A program made the translations under genes and the position numbers. From Eutreptiella sp. 'Long Island Sound 2002' (Eukaryota > Protista > Euglenida), in NCBI GenBank assembly GCA_964036045.1, contig OZ038378.1, positions 178,002,001 to 178,066,000 on the forward strand: DNA of 64,000 bases. The letters are read 5' to 3'. The notes below the pieces were generated by a model. That model did not search any database. It was given only the letters and a program-made list of their open reading frames with translations, and was not told the origin of the DNA. The stretch's first letter is position 1, and every line of letters begins with the position of its first letter. Positions 12,961 to 25,067 of this stretch are shown piece by piece.

Positions 12961-13120
12961 AGGCAACTGTGTGCGTAGGCGCCATGGCCTAGGAGTATGT
13001 ACAGTCAGTTTTCGCTATCACTAGCCATAGGCCTGTTCCCCTGATACATTCCCTTGCAAAGCCCCAGATACTTGACCCACGGTTTCACTATGATGCCGGC
13101 TACCGACCCTGGTTGCTCCG

Positions 13121-15310
13121 GTGCTTAGCCATGGCCGTCTGCCCCGGTATCCCACCGGCTGGAAATCAATGTTCTCGTGTCCAGCACGCGCGGCAGAGCC
13201 GCGGCCACAAATCGTGCATACGCGGCGAAACCGCGCTCATGAGTCCAGCACGGCGGCGAAGCCGCCGTCTCGTGTGCGCGCACATCCCGTGCATTGCCCC
13301 TACCTCCCTGTTGGATAGGGTCTTGTTGCCACTCAGGCTCTGGAAAAAGTGTACCCCTCGGAAGAGCTGTGTCATGCCCGTCGGCGCCATGTTTTACACG
13401 CCGGGCATCGAACCTGCGCTCTCCGGGACGAGACCCTCGTGCACTTCCAGTATACTACGCTACCGATGTGGTTAAATAACCGCCATCCAGCCCACCCCCC
13501 TACACCTCATTGTCCGCATCGCTGCTATCACCGCATGTGCCGTGGCCGCACAAGAGTAGCAGCTCTTCATGATCGACGGCGCCGTGGCCTCCACGAGCCG
13601 CGATGACGGAGCGCACTGCGGGGCAAGGCCCCCGTGCACTTTCAGGTATGCTCGCCCCTCACCTTTCATGCGCAGCCATGAAAAACAAACATGCCTTTGG
13701 GGCCGCGGGACGTTCGGCGGTTCCCAGCCCTCCCCGGGGTTCGAACCACCCTTTGTGAAATCGAAGAGCTGCGCATGCCCAACTATGCTATGCTGCTCCC
13801 CTCGCTCTTTTGCGTTCCCGCCGCCGATCGCTGACGTCTGTGTTGAAGCTCGACCCTCCGTCACTAGACGCACTCACCCAGTTTGCCGTGGAGGATCCTG
13901 TCGACGTGGCTGACCCCTTTGACGACGTTAACGAGCCCCCGACACTTGACCTTGCTCCGGCTGAAACGGGGGGGGTTCTATTGACCCCCCCCCCCCTGCC
14001 GAGGACGACACATCGGATCGCATGGGCAGCAGCCCAACCTCCTCCCACAACAGCGGTAGCCTGGGCTCCTGGTTAGGGTGTGACCTGTGACCTCCGTTTT
14101 TTATTATGTGGGTGTTGCAGCCTTCCTCCGCCAGTGCATCGGCCCTGTCATTTCCCACAACCTGCATATGGGAAGGCGTCCACACCAACTACAACAACGA
14201 CCCCGCCTCCCGCCGTAGCAGAAAAATCCGTTCCGACAAGTCCCTGTGCCCCACCTCCCTATTCTTAACCCGCTACCCGTGGCGGTGCCATTTCACCGAC
14301 CATTCCGTTATGCCTTTATGCACGTATTCGAAGTCCAGGACCACCACCATCCTCTCCCCCCCCCCTTCTCTATTCCGGTGCATATAAGACGCCCCTTAAT
14401 TCCCCTCGGCTAACACTCTGGCGTTCGTGCGTTGGCACTGGCGCCCCTATGTTCCTATCTTCACCTTCCCCAAACCAAACGCCGTACCCCGCCTGCCACC
14501 AACCGCGTACTTGCTTTGCCAACCCGTCTGTGTATGCCAACTGCCACCCCTCTCTCTCCGGCACCGCCAATTTCTTGACCACCGCGTCCCTATACTTTCC
14601 CCACTTCTGCTCTTTTAAGTCCCCAGGCGTAGCCGTGGGCTTTGCCGAATAGACCCCGGCGGATGGGGCCTTTTGTATGAACATCCCCCCCGTGAACCAT
14701 GAAAACAACTGCTCAATCAAATGTTGTAAGTCCACTCTGGAGAGCGATAGGTCCTTTTCCGCCCGCCAAACCTCCAATACCCCCCACCCATGGCGTCACA
14801 AAGTCATCCAGGGTGGGTGCCACTCCCTGAAAGCGTGCTTCGCAGCGCAACGACCACTATGCTTTGAGAGCCGCCCACAATACCAGTTCCTGGCTTGTCT
14901 GCAGGGACAGTGTGGGGTTCTCCGGCAAAACCCGACTAGGCTCTACAACCAACTTGTCTTGTCACACTAGACCGAAGGCCTTGCAAACCATGTCAAAAAG
15001 GAAAGGGGAGAAACGATAGTGCCGAAGCATGTGCTCGTGGTCCTCCAGCTTATGACAAAGAGGGCAGAGCTTATTTCCCACCCGATGGCGCATTCTGCTC
15101 CGGTGCTTAGACAAGGCGGTGCGTGCGTGCGACGCGCGGTCCCAAAAGAACGTATGTCGCCGGAAACCTGCCCATACCTCACCCTCAGCACAAATGTTGC
15201 AACAGGGCACTAGAAAATAATGTGCAGGCAAATTTCAGCAAGTTCTGGATGTCCTAACTGCCCATTAGGGGCATCAGGAGGTGTGGAATTGAAACCCTTT
15301 CTAAGCTTGC
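13121..15310 (-). mobile_element. 5'-truncated LINE: zf-RVT, RNase H, about 1-kb 3' region
   Basis: CPLCHKLEDHEH; YTDGLAKQVRGWWQAGYGVWFG..RQSVSRGE; WTPSHMQVVGNDRADALAE; tail FNTDVSDRRRERKRAR; GCTAAGCAC end. Confidence 0.9.
13395..13469 (-). ncRNA. tRNA-like segment inside the LINE 3' region, copy B
   Basis: CATCGGTAGCGTAGTATACTGGAAGTGC...GCAGGTTCGATGCCCGG; D-stem GCGT/GTGC can pair with wobble; homologous to 10234-10308. Confidence 0.55.
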
Positions 15311-18300
15311 GCCTCATCTTGAACAATTGCACATGCTTGCCCTTTGGGGCAGGCTTTGGGGCAAGCTAGGCTTAGTCATGGCTGAAAATCACATCAAAAC
15401 AAACAGCAGTGGGTTGCAGTACCAATGCAATGGTGGATATAACTCGGGGGATGAGTCCGTCCCGGAGCCCCACCCCACCCACCCCCGTTGGGCACAAAAA
15501 AAGTCACGATATTTGGTCACAAAAAAAAGGCCCAAAACAGGCCGTTTTGGGCAGCCCTCAGCTTGTACATGGGAGGCGGGGGGGGGGGGCTGGTGCAACA
15601 ACACACATGACAGGCACAGAGCCCTGTGGATGCAACATGTCATTGGATGTCATTCAATGTCATAAACTTTCATCACTCACAGTGACAATATTGTCTTGCT
15701 CGCTGCAGCTACCACTACTTGACCTGTCATTACCACTGTCACTATCGCTGCCACTGCCACTGGATGAACCTGTACTAATAGATGCAGAGGCCCTTAAGTT
15801 TTTTTTGTGACCAGTCACAGAAAATGACCATCCCCCCCTGGACCCGGACCCCCCAAGTGGCGCCAAATTTATATCCATCACTGCCATAATGTTGTTATGA
15901 GCAGGAGGACTCATCACAAACACGACACAGCCCCTCTTTCCCTCTACATTCGCACACAATCACGTTCCACTAAGCTTCTGACCATGAAAACTGTGGTCAG
16001 AAAAACCCAGAAAACCGACGGTCAAACAGGGTCCTTGTGCTTAGACAAGGCAGTGCTTGCGCAGGGGGGGGGGGGGCAGTGGTCCATCCACTCAAACGTG
16101 CTGCTTCTGCACCTTGGCATCCCTCCCATGCCGGCGCTGGCATGCTTCACACAAAGTCTCAGTACCCTGGAGGTTGGATGGTGCTCACCACCACTGATAT
16201 TGGAAATGTAACACAGTGCCACGGGTTCCAGCTCATTGTGCAGCTCACTGCGTAGCCCATCAATGATGCTCAACATGTCCAGGCATTTTGCCATCAATCT
16301 CGTCATAGCCTGTCCTTCTCCCAATATGTGGTACAGTGACAAAGCTGTGTGGCCTCAAAGCCACTTCAAGTAGACATTGGGGGTGGGGGTGGGGGTGCTA
16401 TGTACGGTGTGCGGCACAGCGAAATTAGTCCTAAGCGGACAGAGTGAACAACGTTGTTGTACGCGAGTAGTTGCTCGCACCGCTGTTAAACACCCGTTCT
16501 CACAAGGGGCAAGGGGAGGGGGTGAAACACCAAAAAAGCTGCCCAAACCTCACCCAAACCTTACCCGGGTCGTAATCAGTTGTGCGACACCAAGGACTGG
16601 TAAAAGCCCAGAGGCGCCCAACGGCGCCATGCTTGATGCTGAGACACTCATGTGGCAGCTTTGCCACCTTGTGGACATCGATGGTAATTGGCAGTCGCTG
16701 CTGTGCCGCCCTGCTGTCAATGAATACAGGGCGCCTGAAGCACCTTACTCGGGCTGCACCGTGTGTCACTTGTCATACCCCCCCCACCTGGATGTTCTCC
16801 CAAGAACATGCAACCCCCCCCCACCTGCGGGAGGAATGGTCACCAAATGACCCCCCCCCCCCCACTTGTGAGGACTATGCGCAAGGACCCAAACTTGACC
16901 TTTCGACTACAACTGCATTGTGTCCAAAAGGAGAAAAACATTTCTTCGGCGCCGTGGCATTTTGGGGCAACTCCACTGGACTGTTCAAGGGGGCCTCAAA
17001 TGGTACTATTCAAAGGGGCCTCAAATGGTCAGGTTGCAGTGTCCGCATAAGGCTCTGGCTGTGCCTTCCCCACAACTTCCATCGCCTTCTGTCCATCTTG
17101 CCATTGTTCGGCGCGGCATCACAGTGCGATTTGTGGGCTCCTGCCCAGCCCTCCACTGTTCAAGGGGGAAGGGAGTATGTATGGTATGGGTATGTAAAAT
17201 CCTTCTCCTCACACCCCACGGTGCCTCGCAAAGGCGGGCCCCAGGTGCCTCCGCAGACTCATGAGGCCATCGGGACCGCCACTGCCAACACAGACAGTTG
17301 GGTGAAGCGGCTGCTACTGGGATACACTGCTACTGTCCCCCCCTCGCACGTCACCTCCCTGCCTCAACCCATGGAGCACTTGAAAGGCGGAGCAAGTGTG
17401 GCAGTGGCCCTGATTCTTACCACTGTGACACTACTGCATGGCGTCGGAGCAAGTGAATGAGTGCCAGCTCCAACATGGTCACGGCCAAAATCACCACGTG
17501 TACCTCACGCAGAGTGTACACCGCTGTCCCCGGGATGGTGCTGACTGGGCCAGGGCCATCTGCGGCCGACGTCAGCAACACAACCGGTTGACGGGCTGGT
17601 CACCTGCCATTGGCAGCTTTGCGGTGGTACTCCTTCTTGTATCGCCTGCTGTGGCGGTACCACCAATTTTCATTTGACGCAAAATGATACTTCGTATAAT
17701 ATACTCGTCGTAGTGGAGTGGCTATACACCTCGTCTTGCAGTCTAGAGAGACAGGTTCGAGTCCCGGCTCGTCTGCGTGGTGTATGGGGTGATGAAAGGG
17801 TGATGTATGCCCTGGTGGCTGCAAAAGATCTACGTGACATGCATGCATGCATATCTAGGGGCCAAGCATAGTCAATTTATGATACACCCATGTCTCAAAT
17901 CAACGTGGTACATACAGCCCAGACACAGACAGCCCAGATACAGAAGCCGTATGTTGCTCATTGCGGCGCTCAGTGTGCAGTCTTTGTTGGAGGGGCCTCC
18001 GCCAAAGTCTCATCATTGTGTGGGCCTGGTGAAAAGCTGCTCAAGGGTGGCTTGCCCAGCAATCGGATGGCATCCTTTGGGCGGGAGTCCTGTCGAGAGG
18101 GTAGGAGCCATGCTTTTGCCAGATTGCAATGCCCTGCCCTGGTTGGCCCTGAAGCACAGGATGGCGATGGGGATCGGGTACGGACGGGAACTTAATGCGA
18201 TTAGAGCGGAGCAGTGTCAAGCGTTGGCATATGAGTCACATGTTGCAGTCGCAGGTGATGTATGTGTTTTAATTCGTCTCTTGTTTCACATAGGGTTGTA

Positions 18301-19751
18301 TGAAGCAGATCACCAGCACAATCAGCTTCAACCAAATAGTGAAAGGACCATGTGGGCAGGGGAGCAGGCCTCGCTGTTGGCTATTGCACCAGCATTCCTT
18401 GTGGTGATACATGTCATGCGGCGCTGCAAATGCATCTGTGCTGAGAACTTGTCCGGGGCCACACAGTCTGGGCAAAACTGTGCCAAAGGCCATTAAGTTC
18501 ACAAAGGCCCGTCCACCATCAACAAGAAATCGCTCATCACTTCCAGTGCACCGCACACAGATGGGGCGGGCACTGCCCTCTCCGACAAAAGATCACAAAT
18601 ATCACAGGGGATGCTGTGCGGAATCAGACAATCCATCAAAAGGCAAAAAAGCGACCACGGGCACAGTAAAATACCCCCCTCCCCTTTGCACTAACAAGGG
18701 CCAGGTGCAGTAAAAGTGCGGAAACACGGGGTACCGGTGTTTAGTTTGCTGGCAGCCTCTTCTCGCCTGGCTCAGGCTGTCCGCCGGTGGCCGCTTTTCC
18801 CTGCCTCCATCAAGGCAGGCACAACTCATGGAGGAATGCAAAACCCAATGGGGAGGCTTGGTGCGTCCCAGCACCCCCAGGACACACTATGCAAGGAGCA
18901 GGGTATGTGAGGTAAAATTTAAGGTGCTAAACTTCGGGGGGGCGGGCGTACCAGAAGAAATGACAGACGAAGTATTGTAATCTGCCATTTGTTGTTGCTG
19001 CGCCCCCTATTTATTGTTGATTTTCTGTTATGCTCCGGCGCAAGATGGTGCAGAGCGTGAAAAACGCCCGATTTGGGCGCCCAGCCCAGAAAACATGTGC
19101 AGTCTTTGCATCATTGCCACATCATTGCTTCGGGATAAGCAGGTGAGGCCCGTCTCCCCTTCAGCATGGGACCGGATAAGCCGGGTCACAACTGAGCGGC
19201 CATTCGTTGATCAACTGAATGCCCCCACCTTCAGACGCTATGCGAACTACACTACCCCACACACACTTTGCATAGTAATCGCCTGCGCGCGACGGTATCC
19301 TCGCACCCCTGAGGCAACATACCTTCAGTGATCGCACCCCCGATTACTATGCAAAGGACACGCAACAGCTCTACCATAAAATAATATGCAAGGCAAATAA
19401 TGAACAAAATCAAATAAATTTGGGTTCCTTTGGCCAATCACTTATGGTATACCATTACTCCCAATAACTCGCAGTCCTGACAAATGCCAGGTCAAGGAGA
19501 ATGACAGGGGGGCACGGTGCTTTGTCTGAGAGACTGAGAGTGACCAGAGTGTCTCCAGCGGACACCAAGGAAAAGGAACGCATATTTTGGGGCTTAGCCC
19601 TGCGGATGAGTGCTTAGCGGTCCTTGCACTTCAGTCCGCAGGTCTGCGTGTGCATGAGGCCCTCACCACCTTATCAGGACAAGAGCCTCCTGTCCCTATC
19701 CTCATGTAACTTCTGCAGAGGCCTTTCCACGCCCTGCACATACCCAAGGTA

Positions 19752-20323
19752 CCCCCCGTTGTTGATCAGTACCCACCTGTGCATGACGGTATCCCCACAC
19801 CCCCGGCGGAATATAGCCAAAATGACGACCCCCCCAGCCCCGAGGGAACACAACAGACCCATGACACACGAGGGCATATGATCCACAAAATGACTGGGAA
19901 ACTGCCTGTCAGGATGCGTGCCCAGCTCCACTGAGAGACAGGCACTGTATGCCACTTTTTCTGGCGCAGGTATTCGACTTTGAAGAGCTGCACATGCTCA
20001 ACAGGCACCATGGAATGGGCTCTCCAGCTGCAGGCTTGGCTGCGGGCTTGGCCGCCACCTTGGCAGCAGATTTGGCTGCACTCTTGGTTGAGGGTTTGGC
20101 AGCTTTGGGAGCAGGCTGGGCAGCAGGTTTGGCAGGGGCCCCTGTAGCAGGCAGTCTGGCTCAGGAACATCGCGCGTGAAATACAATTTCTCGTTGGCAA
20201 AAATGTCTGCCAACACGCAACCTTCGCCCTCAGTGTGCAACTTCCAAACAAAATTCGAAAACTCAAAGTGACGCCCCCCCCCCAGGTACTAATCAAGGTC
20301 GGGTACTAATCAAGAGGGGGGGG
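19752..20323. mobile_element. TA-flanked non-autonomous TIR element carrying a PAAK-rich coding-like fragment
   Basis: Left TA+ccccccgttgttgatcagtacc; right ggtactaatcaagagggggggg+TA (imperfect inverted repeat, with a duplicated subterminal copy at 20285-20297). Confidence 0.55.
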
Positions 20324-22261
20324 TAGGTGTTACAACCGAAGTTTACTGCATTGCCATGCACCGTAGTGTGTTGCATTAGGGCCTGCTCCGGCCAACATCG
20401 AAGGATGTACTGCGGTGAGGCCATGACAGAGCCTGGGAACACCCCTGCAAACCACCCATCTACAGAAGCATGCATGATCAATTCAAAGGAGCATGGGGTG
20501 CAGAATTCAGGACCCTCATCAGACAAAAAAAAATGCCTGGTGTACCAGCAGGGGCTGTTGGGTGCAGACTTGAGGACGCTGGGATCCGTGGCTACCGGTG
20601 CTCGAAAACAGCCGGCTTTTCGCACAGCGCACGGTGCACCCCCCATAAGGTGCTGTTAGATCGTGGGCGGGAAGGGGTGATCAAGGCCAGTCAAGCCTGG
20701 AAGGTCTATTGCAAAGACAGGGACTCGCCGCAGACGGATGCGGTCATGTTTGCACAGGCAAAGGAATTATTGCGGGCAAAAAAACAGTAGTCAGACACCA
20801 CAAGCAGTTCCATTGCTCAGGCAGACAAAAAAATAAATCAGGGCATGATGGGGAGTGGCAGGGTTCTGCACACTCTTTCCTTCAGACAACCTACAGGCAC
20901 ATTATGGATGTGGCAATGTTTCGTTTCGTTTCGTTTCATTCACCATTTCCCAGGTGCGGATGATGCAGTTCTGCAATTATGCCATCGGCATGTCAGATCT
21001 CCCGCATGTGGGAACATTGACACTGTGAGGGAGGGCGGAGGGGCTCATTTGACATCCATCTTGCCCTATCTGGTGCCTCCCAAAATGAAAATACATAGAT
21101 GGCCCCTTGGTAGCAACCACCACCTTGGTTTGGGGTCCAGGTACCACGTTCTCCCTCTTCTAGATCGTCAAATCTTGAAACGGAGGCTTCTCACCCTCTT
21201 TTGGGCTTTGTTCCTTTCGCAACCAACCATATCTGTTCCGGTGTAAGATGTGCTTTGGTGGACAATGCAATCTGAATCTGAATTCTCTGAACTGCATGCT
21301 TGGCAAGGGAACCTGTAAATCCTCCTCCTTGTGTTCACCTTAATTCTCCTAGCCCCGCCCGCCCCCCAGTGTCCAGCAAACAATGAAGTCCTCAAAAAGT
21401 ACGCTCCGAACAGGAGTGTTTGTTAGACACGCCGTTTGGCACCCATTTAATTCGGTACCTAAACCCGGTACCTGATTAATTCGGTGCCAAAAAATTACGG
21501 TCCGAACGGAAGTGTTCGGTGGACAATGCATTCGTTGGACACTAGTAGAGTGAAGTACAGCTTGTCGGGCTTGGGTAAGGGCTAGACCGCAGGCGCTTGG
21601 TCTGGCCGGACAGCTGAATCACCACGCTGTGCGTGCTGCATCAGGTACTATGAGAGTGAAGAACGTCTCGAGCCCTCTAGCACCGCCTTGGCCATTCCAC
21701 CTCTGGGTGAGCTTTCGACAGCACACCACCTCCGTGTGCTGTCACAAGCTCACCCAGAGGTGGGCCCTTGCACGGGGGTTGGTGCATGGGCATGCGGGGC
21801 TGCAGGGTGCGGCAAGGGCAACATGAGGCGCGCACACGCACGTGTGTTGGTGTGAGTGTGCGATGCCCAATATCATTGAAACAACCCCAGAGTGTCCGCT
21901 TTCATGCATCACCACTCTACAGTTCTGTTGGTGTGTGGGTGTGTTTGGGTGTGTGTGCCAAGGTATCAATTCCAATCATGCTCAAACTGCGAGGTTCAAC
22001 ATTCCTACATCCTACCACTACTGCAAACCATCGGTTCGGTGTTTGGCCCTGCAGGGGGGCAGCCCAAGTTGGCCTGTGATCTCCATATGTACAGGGTGCT
22101 GCCAACACACCGCAGCTCCTGGCCCTGTAACCCCACCACAGTGCAGCAAGACACACGTTGCATGCCGTGTGCCCTACCTCTCCCCACAGCCCAGCCCCAT
22201 GCATCCCTGCGAAAGATACAGGAGCGGGGGGGGGGGGGGTGAATCTCCGTCCTGACCCAAC

Positions 22262-22329
22262 TGCAGCTGTGTTTGGGTGTGTGTGTGTGTGTGTGCCAAG
22301 GTAACAATTCCAATCATGCTCAAACTGCG

Positions 22330-22363
<34 letters not shown>

Positions 22364-22437
22364 CTGCGCGCACGCATGCATGCGTGAAGTGTGTATGGGT
22401 GTGCGTGTGTGTGTGTGTGTGCGTGTGTGTGTGCTGT
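22262..22437. repeat. (GT)n microsatellite cluster with a local duplication of 21940-21995
   Basis: GT runs visible; gtgccaaggta.caattccaatcatgctcaaactgcgagg occurs at about 21955 and about 22292. Confidence 0.85.
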
Positions 22438-22497
22438 GTCGGGACACACACTCTGGAGAGCCCTAGTAAAATACAGTACTAATCTGCACAAGCTCAG

Positions 22498-22674
22498 TCA
22501 CTCTCGCCATTGGCCTGCAGGCCTGTCATTCAAATCAACGGGGCTGGCTGCCCTGCTACGTGGACTGAGTTCTGGAGGGTTGTCTCGTGGGGCAATGGGT
22601 GAGTTGTATGAAGTAAAGGCGCAAGGCGGGTTTGCGAGGGGATGTGTACTCCAGCTATCCAGGTGAAATAGGCC
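22498..22674 (-). CDS. Candidate terminal exon of the large LRR/EF-hand gene
   Basis: Acceptor gatgtgCAG|GGC, phase 0, reads GLFHLDSW...GQWRE*. No homology support. Confidence 0.2.
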   Translation of the reverse strand, partial: GLFHLDSWSTHPLANPPCAFTSYNSPIAPRDNPPELSPRSRAASPVDLNDRPAGQWRE

Positions 22675-23399
22675 CTGCACATCCTCAATGGATGTGCAGT
22701 TGCAATGCTCAGTCAATATTGCTGAGGCGCAACCGCAAGGTCACAGTATGGCCTGATGAGCTCAGGACTGTAAATTGCGAAATCAAAACTTCAGCAAATG
22801 GGAAGTGTTTTCAGAGGAAAGAGCAGGAAAAAATGGATAGGGACGAGGGGATCTTCCATCGCATCACAAGAAATGTACATATATCAGTGCGGAGGGCGAT
22901 ATGCCAACCCCTGCCCACGGACGAAGACATTCTCCTCCTTACTTCAACTGCATAATGTAATTTATAAGGCCCCGCTGCGGCCGGTGTCTCTTGTTTCCAC
23001 ATTCCTCCCTCACCATGACACTAGGACCCCGTCCTGTTCCTTTTTCCCTTGCGACCGGCATGCAGGCTGCCCCGTCAGGGAGTGGCAGGAAAAAGATTTT
23101 CCAGGCCTATGTACACACCATCGGTGTGTTGCAGTGAGGCACTCGGGAACAGGGTCCTGGACTCTGCATCAGCAGTGTTGGCCTCAACACTCTCGGTACA
23201 CCTGAGATCCATTGCTACAGAAGACCTGCAGGAGCATAGGATTGCAACAAAGAGCCGGGACAGCGAAGCAAAATCAAAGAGTCAGGGAGTGGCAGTGGAA
23301 ACACCCGAGACTGATTATCAATTACGTGGCCTAAGAGGCGCACGCGACTGCTGGTTGGGTGTGGATGCCAGAACGCAGGCAATCAGATGTTGAGACGGT

Positions 23400-24225
23400 T
23401 GGGGGCAGCGGGGGAAGCTGCATAGCAAACGGCCACAGGGCGTGCAGGTAGAGGTATCACGGGGTACAGCATGTATGGCATACCAACCCCAGGTAGCATC
23501 CAGGACGGCCGTAAGGCCGTGCAGGTCGTGCAGGCGGGAGCGTCTCCAGCGAAAGAACTTCCAGAAGGTCACGTCCGCAGTGCTACCAGGGGCTGCACGC
23601 CAACCGAGATGGGACGGCGGAACACACTGCTGGCAAGAGCATGGCATTAGCTGGGGCACAGTGGCCCTTGACGCATATGGTCTATACACAAGGACACAAC
23701 AATGGCATTCGTTGGGCTCAAGGTCTCTGGGAGCGCCCCGAATCGTCGGGTAGACTCCTGGCCACCGCCCCCCCCCCCCGCTCTCCGCCCCATGCGCAAG
23801 CACGGCCCAGATTCGGGAACGGTCAGACGGGGGCGCGGTGAGCGCAGGAGTGGGCAGGTGGCCAGGTCTAGGGGTTTGGATGCCATAGGCCAGCCCCAAA
23901 CCCGGCCTCCAAGCGGAAAGGGAAAAGGGAAGGGCGCAGTACACCCGGTGTCCAGTGCTGTGGGGGGAGAGGGAGGGGAGGGAGGCCGCTTCAATTGGCC
24001 TCCTTTGGATATGCAAATTGCCCTGGGCGGGCGCATACCCCCCCGGGGGCAGGGGACCGATCGGCAGGCAGTCTTCGGGGGATTTCCGGGCGCCGTGGAC
24101 GACAACCCGGACGACAGAAGAAAGCGCACAAGAGCGACGGATGGACTCGCAGAGTCCAAGAGGAAAAGGGGAGGGTTAGCGTTATTAGTAAAAGGGGAGG
24201 GTTAGTAGCGTTAGTACGGGTGGTG
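23400..24225 (+). mobile_element. Probable decayed retroelement tail
   Basis: GC-rich low-complexity reading with KGKGKG and DDNPDDRRKRTR, ending in short tandem ggggagggttag(t)agcgtta repeats; resembles the LINE tails elsewhere in the window in style only. Confidence 0.25.
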
Positions 24226-24276
24226 GGGTTACCTTGGAGGCTTCGTAAAGCTGCGTGTTGGTACTTCCGGATGTAT

Positions 24277-24450
24277 GCTTTGGTTTGGGTTTCAGGTTTG
24301 GGTACCAACATTGTCTGTCCCCAGACGGTGTGGGAAGGCATTTTTGGGACGTGAGAGTGGGACAGCAGCCCCTCTGCCCACAAGTGCTGCGTCTGCTCTT
24401 GGCGTGCCTCCCTTGCCAAGTGCCGGCATGCCTCACGCAAGTGAAGTTTG
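24277..24450. repeat. About 175-bp element duplicated in two adjacent introns (other copy about 25087-25260)
   Basis: gctttggtttgggtttcaggtttgggta.caac...cccagacggtg.gggaaggcatttttgggacgtgagagtgg...cttgccaagtgccggcatgcctcacgcaagtgaagtttg in both. Confidence 0.9.
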
Positions 24451-24614
24451 GCGGGGGCTCTCCACCACATCCGAAGTGGGAAATGCAAAACAGGGCCAGA
24501 GGGTTCCAGAGCACCAAATGTCACACATCGGTGGTGCATGGGCAGGGGGGGCGGGGGTTGTGGGGGTGACTGCTGTCAACGGGGTGCATCCGCGACGGGG
24601 GACTCCGGGCGTAC

Positions 24615-25067
24615 CACGTCCTGGCAGTCGTCCAACAATGCCATCCACATGATGAACTCATCCATTGACAAGCCGTTGTCGTGGTTGAAGTCAAACCGCA
24701 CGACCTCGCTCTTGTAGAGATCCCACGCCTCGTCCAGCCCCTCCGCCAGCAGCCCATCCCTGAGTTCGTGGCGGGTCAGGACCCCGTCCCCGTTCCGGTC
24801 GTACTTCGTAAAGATGCGCTGGATCTGCTCCCGCGACAAATGCCGCCGCAGCAGCGGCTCGTCCCCGAACTCATAGTACTTGATGTAGCGGTCGACGATC
24901 TCCGTCGGGATCGCGGGCCAAAGCGCGCGGAGCAGACCCGGGAACGTGCAGGCGAAGGAGAAGGCCGCTGCCGCGCCCCCGCCCTGGCAGAATTCCTCCT
25001 TCACCCGCTCGAGGGCGCGTCGGGCGCAGCATTCGGCCCAGCGACTCGCGAGACTGACCCGCTGCTC
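24615..25067 (-). CDS. EF-hand exon of the large LRR/EF-hand gene
   Basis: Acceptor gtgcgTAG|GAG, donor GTG|GTACGC, 453 nt, phase 0. Two EF loops, DRNGDGVLTRHE and DFNHDNGLSMDE. Confidence 0.9.

Noticed and set aside
17440-18600. Several medium ORFs suggesting a decayed recombinase or integrase
   Set aside because: No catalytic motif could be identified in any frame.
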